Both the position numbers and the translations under genes were made by a program. From contig MFPR01000012.1 in the NCBI GenBank assembly GCA_001784175.1, positions 62,001-82,235 on the forward strand: a stretch of DNA of 20,235 nucleotides, written 5' to 3'. Source of the DNA: Candidatus Lindowbacteria bacterium RIFCSPLOWO2_12_FULL_62_27 (GTDB lineage: Bacteria; Lindowbacteria; 2-12-FULL-62-27). Positions 1 to 7,528 of the stretch are shown here, in pieces. Below the pieces are notes generated by a model. That model was not told the DNA's origin, did not search any database, and was given only the letters and a program-made list of their open reading frames with translations. Numbering within the stretch: position 1 is the first letter of the stretch; every line of letters begins with the position of its first letter.

Positions 1-1330
1 CCTCCGGCTCCGCAAGGGCCTCCGGCGGCCCACACGGGTGCATGTCCGACGCGGCCGGATCGGGCGGCGCCGGCGTCAGGGCTTCGATGGGCGCCGCCGC
101 TTCGGGCGCGGCTAAAGGAATGGATTCATCTTTTTCCTTAGTTGCCGGCGCCGGCAGGACCGAAGGCGCAGAATCGGCGCGGGCCTGCGCCGGCGGCGCC
201 GTCGCGCAATTTTTGCAGAGCCACGCCGCGCCGCGAAGGAGCGCCCCCAGCGCGTCGGCCGGATCGGAGACGGCGCGCGCGAAGTCGTTCGCGTCCTGGC
301 CGTGCGGAAACTCGACGCGGAAACACTCAAAGCCCCGCGCGCACAAGATCGGCGCGAGCTTCGCCGCAGCGCGCTCGCCGGCGTCGTCGCGGTCGTAGGC
401 GATCAACACTTTTTTGATTCCGTATTTTTTGAACGCGGCCAGATGATCCTGTGTGAATCCCTCGATCCCGTAGCTGGCCGTGACGTTGCGGTATCCCGCG
501 CACCAGAACGTCAGCGCGTCGATCAACGCCTCGCACAAAATCACTTCGGTGGATGCGGCCAGGGCCGACACGTTCCAGACGCCTTTGTGCGGCCCGGGCA
601 AATACAAATGTTCCGGGGCGTCCCGGCTGGTCTTTTGGATTCGACGGCCGTAGATTTCGGTCACGGCGCCGCTTTCGTCGAACACCGGAAACTCGACGCA
701 GCCGCAAAAATGTTCCCGGAACGTTTCCCGATAAATGCCCAGACGCCGCAGCCGGTCCCGAAGGTCGCGGCCTTCCTTCACCGCCGAAAACGGCAGGCGA
801 TAGCCGAGCGTGCGGTTGGCGTAGCCGAGTTTGAAATGGTCAAGGGCGCCGGCGTGGCCGATCCGCCGGCGTTCGAGGTAAGCCAGCGCGTCCGGCGAGT
901 CTTTCAGGGTCTCGTGATAGAACTCGACGACCTGGCGCAGCGCCGTTTGATCGTCGGCGGTTCGTTCGATGGGCGGCGGAAGTTTTTTGACGGAGAGGGC
1001 GACCGGCGGGCGTTTGGGGTTGATCTGCGACAGCGCCACATCATGGCGGCGCAGAAGTTCGACGGCGTGCGTGAAGGACACGCCCTCCGCTTTCATCACC
1101 CACGCGATCACGTCGCCTCCGGCCTGGCACGCGCCGAGACAGTGCCAGAGATTTTTTTCCGGCGTAATCACGAGAGATGGTGAGTGATCCGAGTGGAAGG
1201 GACACAGGCCAATCAGGTCCTTTCCGTGGGGTTTCAATTCGACGCCGCGGCGTTGTGCCAGGTCCGCGACGCTCACGTCGCGTTTGATTCGGTCGAGTTC
1301 TTCTTGCGGGATTCGCCGGCGTGCTCCCAT
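1..1330 (-). CDS. CHC2 zinc-finger/Toprim DNA primase (primase-helicase copy A), runs off the window edge
   Basis: Manual translation from ATG 1330: MGARRRIPQEELDRIKRD...GLCPFHSDHSPSLVITPEKNLWHCLGAC (CHC2)...CEALIDALTFW...YDRDDAG...GQDAND (Toprim). Collinear with the protein at 7529-10627. Absent from the ORF track because no stop falls in the window. Confidence 0.93.
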   Translation of the reverse strand, partial: MGARRRIPQEELDRIKRDVSVADLAQRRGVELKPHGKDLIGLCPFHSDHSPSLVITPEKNLWHCLGACQAGGDVIAWVMKAEGVSFTHAVELLRRHDVALSQINPKRPPVALSVKKLPPPIERTADDQTALRQVVEFYHETLKDSPDALAYLERRRIGHAGALDHFKLGYANRTLGYRLPFSAVKEGRDLRDRLRRLGIYRETFREHFCGCVEFPVFDESGAVTEIYGRRIQKTSRDAPEHLYLPGPHKGVWNVSALAASTEVILCEALIDALTFWCAGYRNVTASYGIEGFTQDHLAAFKKYGIKKVLIAYDRDDAGERAAAKLAPILCARGFECFRVEFPHGQDANDFARAVSDPADALGALLRGAAWLCKNCATAPPAQARADSAPSVLPAPATKEKDESIPLAAPEAAAPIEALTPAPPDPAASDMHPCGPPEALAEPE

Positions 1331-1432
1331 ATTTCCCTTAGCTGCCTCTCTGCCCGAAATCGGGCGGTTTTGGAAAACGTGTCAAGGGGGTCGCTTCAAA
1401 AATTCGCTCTTTTTACGACCATCTAAAAACGA

Positions 1433-1467
1433 CTTGACTTATAGACCATTTGGTCTATACTGTCAAG
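1433..1467. promoter_or_regulatory. Overlapping divergent sigma70 promoters with a palindromic operator (module A)
   Basis: CTTGAC-T-TATAGACCA-TT-TGGTCTATA-CT-GTCAAG. Plus strand reads TTGACT-16-TATACT; minus strand reads TTGACA-17-TATAAG. Lies between the divergent XRE and primase genes. Confidence 0.75.
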
Positions 1468-1512
1468 CGTTATTTTGGAGAGGGTCTATCTGCAACTAAA
1501 AGGAGGAATACA

Positions 1513-1929
1513 ATGGACGTGGAAAAAAATTGTGAAGGAGTGATGTCTATGCCACGTCCACCGTCCAAGGCGTCGCGGAGGGATGCGAAATATAATCAAG
1601 AATTGGCCGAACGAATCAAAGCAGTCCGTAAGTCCCGAGGTTTAACGCAGGCAGAACTGGCGGAGAGAATCGGAGAAACGCAAAGGGCTCTTAGCCACTA
1701 CGAAATGGCTCAGCGCAGGCTACCGGCGGAGACTCTCTTGAAAATTGCACAGACATTACGAGTTCCAATGACAGAGTTGACCAATGGAAAGTATGTATCA
1801 CCGCCCAAAAATGGCCGAAAGCTTCGCGCGATCGTGGAAAAAATAGAAACGCTACCACCCAAAAAGCAACAGCAAGTTGTCGATTACATCGCGTTCATTT
1901 CCCAGAATGGCCAGCGCGTAGCAGCCTAA
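1513..1929 (+). CDS. XRE/HTH_3-family transcriptional repressor (module A)
   Basis: LAERIKAVRKSRGLTQAELAERIGETQRALSHYEMAQRR is a typical Cro/CI HTH. AGGAGG at 1501-1506 favours ATG 1513 over TTG 1450. Confidence 0.92.
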   Translation: MDVEKNCEGVMSMPRPPSKASRRDAKYNQELAERIKAVRKSRGLTQAELAERIGETQRALSHYEMAQRRLPAETLLKIAQTLRVPMTELTNGKYVSPPKNGRKLRAIVEKIETLPPKKQQQVVDYIAFISQNGQRVAA

Positions 1930-1987
1930 CCCGAAAAAGAAAAACCCCGAAGTCGTCGAGCCGCATCACGCGAATGTGATTGAAGTC

Positions 1988-2017
1988 GCGTCGCCTATGA
2001 CCGGTCATAGGCGACGC
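1988..2017. repeat. Perfect 30-bp palindrome 1
   Basis: GCGTCGCCTATGACC|GGTCATAGGCGACGC. Confidence 0.9.
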
Positions 2018-2157
2018 TCGCCGGCGACTCCCGCCGCGCGTGGCATGGCTCGCGGGCGCGGGAGCGCTTGCGCTCCCGGCGCGGCGCATTCGCGCCGCTC
2101 ACCCGCGAGAAAACCAGCCCCGCCCGGAGCAGACTTCCCAAGTACGAGCACCCGCCG

Positions 2158-2830
2158 CCCCAAAGCAAAACCAAACAGAGCAGAGCATATTTAAAGTCGC
2201 CGCCCCTCGTACGAGATTCGGGCACGGTCCCGCTGACATGGAGATAAACAGCTTGCGGTAGGGGCGTCGTCCTTCCACGCCGTGGCCGGACACTTCACCG
2301 GCCACGTCGCACGGCCGACGCCCCGGTATTGATGGGCCGGATCGGGCGTGACGTCCCTCCCCCATGCCTTGGTTTCCCCCCGTGCAGCCCCCCTTCCGAG
2401 GCACCCCCTCCAAGTAATCGGAACCCGCACGGGGGGAACCCCATCGGGGGAGGATGACGCGGCCCACGGAACCGGGCCGCCCGGCTACCTTGCGGCGAAA
2501 ATCGCTTCGCGGATTCTCTTCGCCGCAGCCGGGTCACGCCCGAACCATCCGGCCCAAATGAGATTGAGGCGGGACCGAAAAGAAAAAGCTGACGGGGCGG
2601 CGACAACACCGCCGGCGGTGACCCCTCCGTGGGGCGTCGTCGCTGACACCGGAGGCGACGACGTTGGCCGGCGGACATCGTGTCCGCCGGAAAGAAAACG
2701 GCGGCTGAAGGAAAAAAGCCGGCCCCGTGTTCGTCCACGCCGGAAGCGTTGCCGGTTCCTTCTTTCAGCTGCGGGTTTCCGGGTTCTGGATCCGCGCGGG
2801 ACACGATGTCCCGCGCCCAAGTTTGTGCCA
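2158..2830. ncRNA. Large structured non-coding element (RNA or ssDNA), copy A main part
   Basis: Nested long-range stems 2196-2206/2594-2604, 2225-2233/2569-2577, 2261-2269/2316-2324, 2343-2352/2533-2542, 2356-2363/2446-2453 and 2374-2385/2427-2438. Homologous to 11626-12270 with compensatory changes. No conserved ORF. Confidence 0.7.
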
Positions 2831-2893
2831 AGGCCGGCCAGTTGCGCAGGGGATCCGGAAGCGTGGATTTATCTTTCAGCTACCTGCTTTTGA

Positions 2894-3451
2894 TTACTGC
2901 GCCGCGTTGTTTCTAAAAAATCGAGGGATGTTGAATAACCAAAACAGTATTCTCCACAGGATAAAGGGAATCCATTTAAACTTTTCGGCCCGTTCAGCCG
3001 ATACACTCTTGCGAAAGTGATAATGAAATCTCTGGAGTAACCACCGACCAACATTTGGATTTTCGATATAGAGTCCAAACGCGGTCTGATTTTTCATTTC
3101 CGGTTCGTAGGAACTCCCAAAAGCGACTATAAATTTGGAGCCCTCGTCTACTGATATATACCGTGCCGTTCCAAAGGGTTTATAGCGAATCAATGCACCA
3201 ATTTTTTCAGCATGCGCCTTTGCCGTGTCCGTACCGACTTGTTTGAAAAACTCGATGTCCGTAATAATAAACCGAATTTTCAACTCATGGTTGTTTATAG
3301 CTCTTGTCGAAATGGCCTTGGCAAAGGGCTCGTTTTTCAGCCACGACATATCCTGGCCAATGGCGTTTATTTGGTCTTTAGCGGAGGTCACAAGCTGTAA
3401 CGCCTTCGTCAAGACTTCTTCTTTACTATTCAAACAGCTGAAATTGTCCAT
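2894..3451 (-). CDS. Low-GC cargo protein, possible TrmB-C/PLD-like fold, with a hydrophobic C-terminal tail
   Basis: 185-aa AT-rich ORF. The pattern SAKDQINAIG...KIRFII...RYISVD...GLYIENP...F resembles PLD-like/TrmB effector folds but lacks a clear HKD motif. The fold call is tentative. Confidence 0.7.
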   Translation of the reverse strand: MDNFSCLNSKEEVLTKALQLVTSAKDQINAIGQDMSWLKNEPFAKAISTRAINNHELKIRFIITDIEFFKQVGTDTAKAHAEKIGALIRYKPFGTARYISVDEGSKFIVAFGSSYEPEMKNQTAFGLYIENPNVGRWLLQRFHYHFRKSVSAERAEKFKWIPFILWRILFWLFNIPRFFRNNAAQ

Positions 3452-3478
3452 CTCGTTTCGTCTCCGATGTAATTGTAT

Positions 3479-3749
3479 GCGGACATTTTGTGTCCGCCTG
3501 GAAAAAGTGCGGCCGGATCAGGCGCGCGGTTCGGATTCCGTAATTTCGCCGCGCGGGACACGATGTCCCGCGCCCAGGATTGTGCCAGGGAGGGCCGTTC
3601 AATACATGCGGCCACCTCGTGGCCGCATCCGACAGCGGGCTATCGGCTGAGGCCGGGCTGGATCAGGTCTCCGACTCAATTCCCGGCCGCCGGGAACGCT
3701 GGCGTTCCCGCAGCCGACTACATACAAAAAGCGTTGCGAGAGGCGCAGA
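3479..3749. ncRNA. Structured element copy A, distal hairpin array
   Basis: Hairpins 3479-3497 and 3551-3573, GCGGCCAC-CTC-GTGGCCGC and GGGAACGC-TG-GCGTTCCC. Ends in AAAAGCGTTGCGAGAGGCGCAGA (3727-3749), identical to 12395-12417. Confidence 0.65.
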
Positions 3750-3752
3750 TCA

Positions 3753-3782
3753 GCGGCGCATATCACCGGTGATATGCGCCGC
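3753..3782. repeat. Perfect 30-bp palindrome 2
   Basis: GCGGCGCATATCACC|GGTGATATGCGCCGC; 24/30 identical to palindrome 1. Confidence 0.9.
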
Positions 3783-3865
3783 GGTGGAAACTTCGATCAC
3801 GGCCGGCGGCTCGTCGGGCTTCTGATTTCAAACAGCGGTCAGTCGGCGAATGTTACAATGTTAAA

Positions 3866-3904
3866 GAATGACCCCTTTTTCCTCGGAATGACCCCTTTTT
3901 TCCT
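3866..3904 (+). repeat. Short tandem direct repeat
   Basis: GAATGACCCCTTTTTCCT (3866-3883) and GAATGACCCCTTTTTTCCT (3886-3904). Confidence 0.85.
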
Positions 3905-3911
3905 ATGACTA

Positions 3912-4448
3912 CTATCCCGTAGGAATGATCCTTTCCCATCGCTTTCCATAAAATTCTCGAAGTCCTTTAAATATTCTAAAAATCACCCAAGAACTAAACA
4001 ATCCAAATCCGATAAAAATATAGGGCTTCCATGTTATATCTCTAACAAGACAACTATCACCCGGCCTTTGTGGATCATAGTAAACGGTGACCGAACTATG
4101 TTTAGGGAATTTCTTGACGATTGATTCCATGTTCTCCTTTGTACCTTCGGCAGAGCCGTCTATTGTATAATAATGACCAATGTAATACTCGCTGTTCACT
4201 ACGTACTCGTACGACATATTAATTCTAAATTCTTTTATGGGATATTCTGGATTTGCTATTTCTTTATAACCAATGTCTAATATCCTTCCATCCGCTACTT
4301 TCCAGTTGCCTATGTCATATTTAACACGAATGTCCCTAAAGCCAAAATATAGACCACCGATGGCTAAAAAGCCAAAAACTAGTACTAACATCACAACGCC
4401 CATCCAAAAGATTGAACTCGTCAAAATTACACGCGGATCTACTTTCAC
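3912..4448 (-). CDS. DUF3592-like membrane protein, putative immunity protein for Rhs tip 2
   Basis: N- and C-terminal TM helices flank NWKVADGRI...YEYVVNSEYY...VTVYYDPQRPGDSCL, the DUF3592 pattern. Low GC and directly downstream of the toxin tip. Confidence 0.8.
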   Translation of the reverse strand: MKVDPRVILTSSIFWMGVVMLVLVFGFLAIGGLYFGFRDIRVKYDIGNWKVADGRILDIGYKEIANPEYPIKEFRINMSYEYVVNSEYYIGHYYTIDGSAEGTKENMESIVKKFPKHSSVTVYYDPQRPGDSCLVRDITWKPYIFIGFGLFSSWVIFRIFKGLREFYGKRWERIIPTG

Positions 4449-4468
4449 GATAAAAATCTACAGCCTCA

Positions 4469-5758
4469 TCAGTTGAACATGGCCTCGACCATTCCTTGTA
4501 TCAACCTCATCCCGCCGTCCAATCCCTTTGTAAGAAATACAGCGCCAAGGCCGTCAGTGATCCGAGCCTTAAATGCAACATCAGCGGCAGCCACACCCCT
4601 AATACCGGCAAATACAGATTGAGCGAGAGCCTGTTTAAAAGTATCGAATATGAGATTGCGTGTTTCTTCAGATGACGCCGGGATGCCGTTGGCCTCAAGG
4701 GTGTTTACAACATACTGCGTTGCATTTTGGGAAAAACTCACCAAGCCCTGTGAAAATACACTGCCTCCAGCCGCCACCAATGTACCAAGAGTATAACCAA
4801 CGCCCCCACCTACAAAGCCTATTAAAAATCCCGATTTAAGCGCCGGCACAGTACCAATTTTTTTTCTCCATATCATGGCATTCGCCAACGAACCGACTAG
4901 GCCAGATATGGTACTCGCCGTCATGAATTCACCCAACGAAAATTCGCCCGACGGATCAATTGCGTTTATCGGGTTGCCACTAGTATAAAGATAAAGGCTA
5001 TTTTCATTACGAATAATTGCTTTATCGATACGAGGGTCTTCCGAGAGAAACCGGCCTGTTTCAGGAGAATAATATCGACTTCGGAAGAACACCAAATCTA
5101 TTTCCCTGTCAAACTCTCTTCCGGTATAGCTATAGCACTGTTCGAGGGCCTTGCCCGACGAGCGGACGATTTTTCCGAAGCTGTTGTAGGCCAGTTCTCC
5201 GGTGATCGTGCCATCCTTCCCGATCAACTCTGTAATGCTGTGGAGTCCGTCCCGCAAGTAGTAGTCGGTAGAAATTTCCTTGGTGGTTGGATTTTCTGTG
5301 TGAACAATAAACGGTTCATCATCTATATTACCAAAATCGATGTTTCCATCTGCCGGCCCATGGGTGAAATCCGTTGCGCCCCATGCGATCCAGAAGCCCG
5401 TCAACTCTCCAAGCCCTTGTGCGGTTTCGGCTAAAGGGGATGCGGTGTCTTCATAAGCCGTTGAAAAAATATCTGAAATTTTGCGCGACCCCCTGATGCG
5501 ACTTTCCACCCCCTCACTCATGTCCGTTGCCGATCGAGCAATCGCATCAGAGGGGTTTGGGACTTCCTGTTTCTTCGGTGATTCCGTGGGCGTCCATGCG
5601 CCGGGGAACGGAATCACATCTATCTTCACACGCCGATTTGTCGGACGTGATTGAGTGGGTCGAGACGCTACGCGCGCCGGATCGAGGGCCAGAGCGCCGA
5701 ACGTCGGACACACAGCCGACCTCGAAGGACGCGCGGGAAAAGCGATGACCTTGCTCAC
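4469..5758 (-). CDS. Orphan Rhs core end plus toxin tip 2, fused in frame to a non-Rhs N-terminal leader
   Basis: FTHGP...DEP...YYLRDGLHSI...YNSFG...YTGREFDREIDLVFFRSRYYSPETGRFLSEDP...NPINAIDPSG, followed by a Gly-rich hydrophobic tip. Rhs similarity starts at about 5369. Confidence 0.88.
   Translation of the reverse strand: MSKVIAFPARPSRSAVCPTFGALALDPARVASRPTQSRPTNRRVKIDVIPFPGAWTPTESPKKQEVPNPSDAIARSATDMSEGVESRIRGSRKISDIFSTAYEDTASPLAETAQGLGELTGFWIAWGATDFTHGPADGNIDFGNIDDEPFIVHTENPTTKEISTDYYLRDGLHSITELIGKDGTITGELAYNSFGKIVRSSGKALEQCYSYTGREFDREIDLVFFRSRYYSPETGRFLSEDPRIDKAIIRNENSLYLYTSGNPINAIDPSGEFSLGEFMTASTISGLVGSLANAMIWRKKIGTVPALKSGFLIGFVGGGVGYTLGTLVAAGGSVFSQGLVSFSQNATQYVVNTLEANGIPASSEETRNLIFDTFKQALAQSVFAGIRGVAAADVAFKARITDGLGAVFLTKGLDGGMRLIQGMVEAMFN
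5353..5369. repeat. 17-bp direct repeat, candidate att site (copy 2)
   Basis: CCGGCCCATGGGTGAAA, identical to 13872-13888. Confidence 0.75.
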
Positions 5759-6015
5759 ATCGGCACCAGGCCGCTAAAGACGGTCACGCGTTCCGGCAAG
5801 ACCGGCCACGGTCTGCCGGGCGGTCCAACAATCTCTCGCGGCTTGCCGAACCGCGCCCGCGCGAGTTGATGACCGACGCGCCGCTCTTTAAGTTTTCGAA
5901 TTTGTTTTTGTAAACGGAAACGCTCTGTCCCCACCGTCGAGAGCATCCGGACGGTGAGGCGTTGAATCTTCTGCTCTGTCCGATCCAAATAGGCGTTACC
6001 CGTTGGAAGATTCAT
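5755..6015 (-). CDS. Small basic hypothetical protein
   Basis: ATG 6015 MNLPTGNAYLDRTEQKIQRL... Its stop overlaps the next ATG (ATGA, 5755-5758). RBS is weak. Confidence 0.4.
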   Translation of the reverse strand: MNLPTGNAYLDRTEQKIQRLTVRMLSTVGTERFRLQKQIRKLKERRVGHQLARARFGKPREIVGPPGRPWPVLPERVTVFSGLVPM

Positions 6016-6064
6016 CAAGGGAAATATAGCACAATCCCAGGAGAGCAACAACAAAATTGTTCCG

Positions 6065-6325
6065 TCAAATTCCTCTGTAAACCTCGCGCCGATGGCGTAC
6101 ATAGTAGACGATCACCAGCCGCGCGGCCGTGTCCACTTCGTAGACGATCCTGTAATCTCCCACGCGAATCCGCCAGAGCCGTTCCGCATTCGACAGTTTG
6201 ACGCATTGATTGGGAAAGGGGTTGGAAGCCAGGGAGTCAATCCATCGCCGGATCCGGGCCACCATCCCGGCGGGTAAACGACGCAGGTCTTTCCAAACGG
6301 ACGGCTTTACTTCAACGCGATACAT
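6065..6325 (-). CDS. relE: RelE/ParE-family type II toxin
   Basis: MYRVEVKPSVWKDLRRL...WRIRVGDYRIVYEVD...VRHRREVYR, the RelE signature. Confidence 0.93.
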   Translation of the reverse strand: MYRVEVKPSVWKDLRRLPAGMVARIRRWIDSLASNPFPNQCVKLSNAERLWRIRVGDYRIVYEVDTAARLVIVYYVRHRREVYRGI

Positions 6326-6503
6326 TCCGTTTGAGCCGCCGCTTCATGTCCTCCCAGCTGATCGTTTTTTCCCGCCGCCGTTCGGCCACCACCGCCAGAT
6401 CGTGCAGGTCTTCGACCATCTGCTCGTAGCGTTCAATCGGCAGAATCGCCGCCGTCCTTTTGCCTTTGGGGTCAACCACAAACTGCGCTTGGGCTTTGTT
6501 CAT
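6312..6503 (-). CDS. RelB-like antitoxin
   Basis: 63 aa, FVVDPKGKRTAAILPIERYEQMVEDLHDL...ISWEDMKRRL. Overlaps the relE start and the integrase stop. Confidence 0.85.
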   Translation of the reverse strand: MNKAQAQFVVDPKGKRTAAILPIERYEQMVEDLHDLAVVAERRREKTISWEDMKRRLKRNVSR

Positions 6504-7501
6504 AATGGAAGCATACCAACGTCGCCGTCCTCTGGCAATTTTTGTTCATCCGGTTTGAGTTTTGCGGCGGGGTGCGTGGCGGTGTGAATCTCCTTGAGCT
6601 TTTTGATGGCGACGTGCGTGTAGATTTCGGTCGTCTGTAGGACCGCGTGGCCAAGCATCGCCTGAATGTAGCGGATGTCCGCGCCGCCTTCGAGCATGTG
6701 GGTGGCGCAGGTGTGGCGGAACAGGTGGGACGCGCCGCGATGGGTTACGCCGCATTTGCTCAAATGCGAGATCACGCACGCGGTCAGACGGCCGCGGGGC
6801 ATGCGGCGGCCGGCTGGCGTGAGAAAGAGCGCGCCCGGGTCCGGCGGTGTGACCAGATGCGGGCGTCCGTCATGGAGAAACGCGCGGATCCAGCGGCAGG
6901 CGCGCTCACCGATGGGGACGACGCGGTCTTTGCGGCCCTTGCCCTGGCGGACGAAAACGATGCCGGTCTCAATGTCCACGTCGTCGACGTTCAGGTTGCA
7001 GACCTCCATCCGGCGGATCGCCGTTGAGTAGAGCGTTTCGAGGATGGCGCGGTCCCGCAGGCCCAGGGGCGTGCGAAGGTCGGGCGCGTTCATGACGCGG
7101 CCGAGTTCCTCCTGGTTGAGGATTTTTTTCGGCAGGCGTTTGTCACGGCGTGGAATATCAATGTCGGCGACGGGATTGTAGAGGACAAGATTTTGTTTGG
7201 CGAGCCAGCGGAAAAAGGACCGGAGGTTGGTGAGGACGGTGTTTTGATAGGCGAGACTGATGGGCCGGTCGGTGCGGGGGTTGATCGAGTGAAAGAGAAA
7301 CCGCTGGAAGCGTTCGACGATGGGGCGCGTGACTTCGGTGGGACGTAACACGCCGCGCTCCTCGCACCAGATCGTAAATTTTCGAAAGGAATAGATGGCG
7401 CGGTTGAGCGTGTCGGGTGTGTGGCCTTTGACTTGCATCGCCTCCGTGTACTGCTCGATCCGCGCGGCGAATCCGGCCAGATCGCGCTGGGTGTCGCTCA
7501 T
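6500..7501 (-). CDS. XerC/XerD-like tyrosine recombinase (element integrase)
   Basis: SAM-like N-terminus. Catalytic R (TAIRRME), K (GKGRKDRVVP), HLFRH, LGH and Y (TTEIYTHV) are all present. Confidence 0.96.
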   Translation of the reverse strand: MSDTQRDLAGFAARIEQYTEAMQVKGHTPDTLNRAIYSFRKFTIWCEERGVLRPTEVTRPIVERFQRFLFHSINPRTDRPISLAYQNTVLTNLRSFFRWLAKQNLVLYNPVADIDIPRRDKRLPKKILNQEELGRVMNAPDLRTPLGLRDRAILETLYSTAIRRMEVCNLNVDDVDIETGIVFVRQGKGRKDRVVPIGERACRWIRAFLHDGRPHLVTPPDPGALFLTPAGRRMPRGRLTACVISHLSKCGVTHRGASHLFRHTCATHMLEGGADIRYIQAMLGHAVLQTTEIYTHVAIKKLKEIHTATHPAAKLKPDEQKLPEDGDVGMLPL

Positions 7502-7528
7502 CTTTAGCAGCTAAGGAAAAAAATATTG

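Larger units (their letters stand above)
1..5369 (-). mobile_element. Second (partial) module: Rhs tip/immunity, structured element, XRE, primase
   Basis: Same gene order as 5353-13888, and it begins at the same 17-bp repeat. Confidence 0.65.

Noticed and set aside
302-1183. 293-aa plus-strand ORF and similar long ORFs opposite the primase, integrase and Rhs genes
   Set aside because: Antisense shadows of GC-rich genes. The minus-strand frames carry the recognisable motifs.
1976-2916. Overlapping Arg/Pro/Gly-rich ORFs across the structured element (also 11615-12492)
   Set aside because: Frames are not conserved between the two copies (indels fall in the shared blocks), and the composition reflects GC-rich stems.
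3841-3866. dif-like sequence ending ATGTTAAA
   Set aside because: Only part of the XerD arm matches, and the spacer and XerC arm need a gap. Too weak to call.
5400-5520. AT-rich stretch resembling a CRISPR leader
   Set aside because: No repeat-spacer array or cas gene anywhere in the window.
6500-7501. Naming the recombinase as chromosomal xerC or xerD
   Set aside because: Its position next to an element primase and a TA pair indicates a mobile-element integrase. Orthology cannot be shown by eye.
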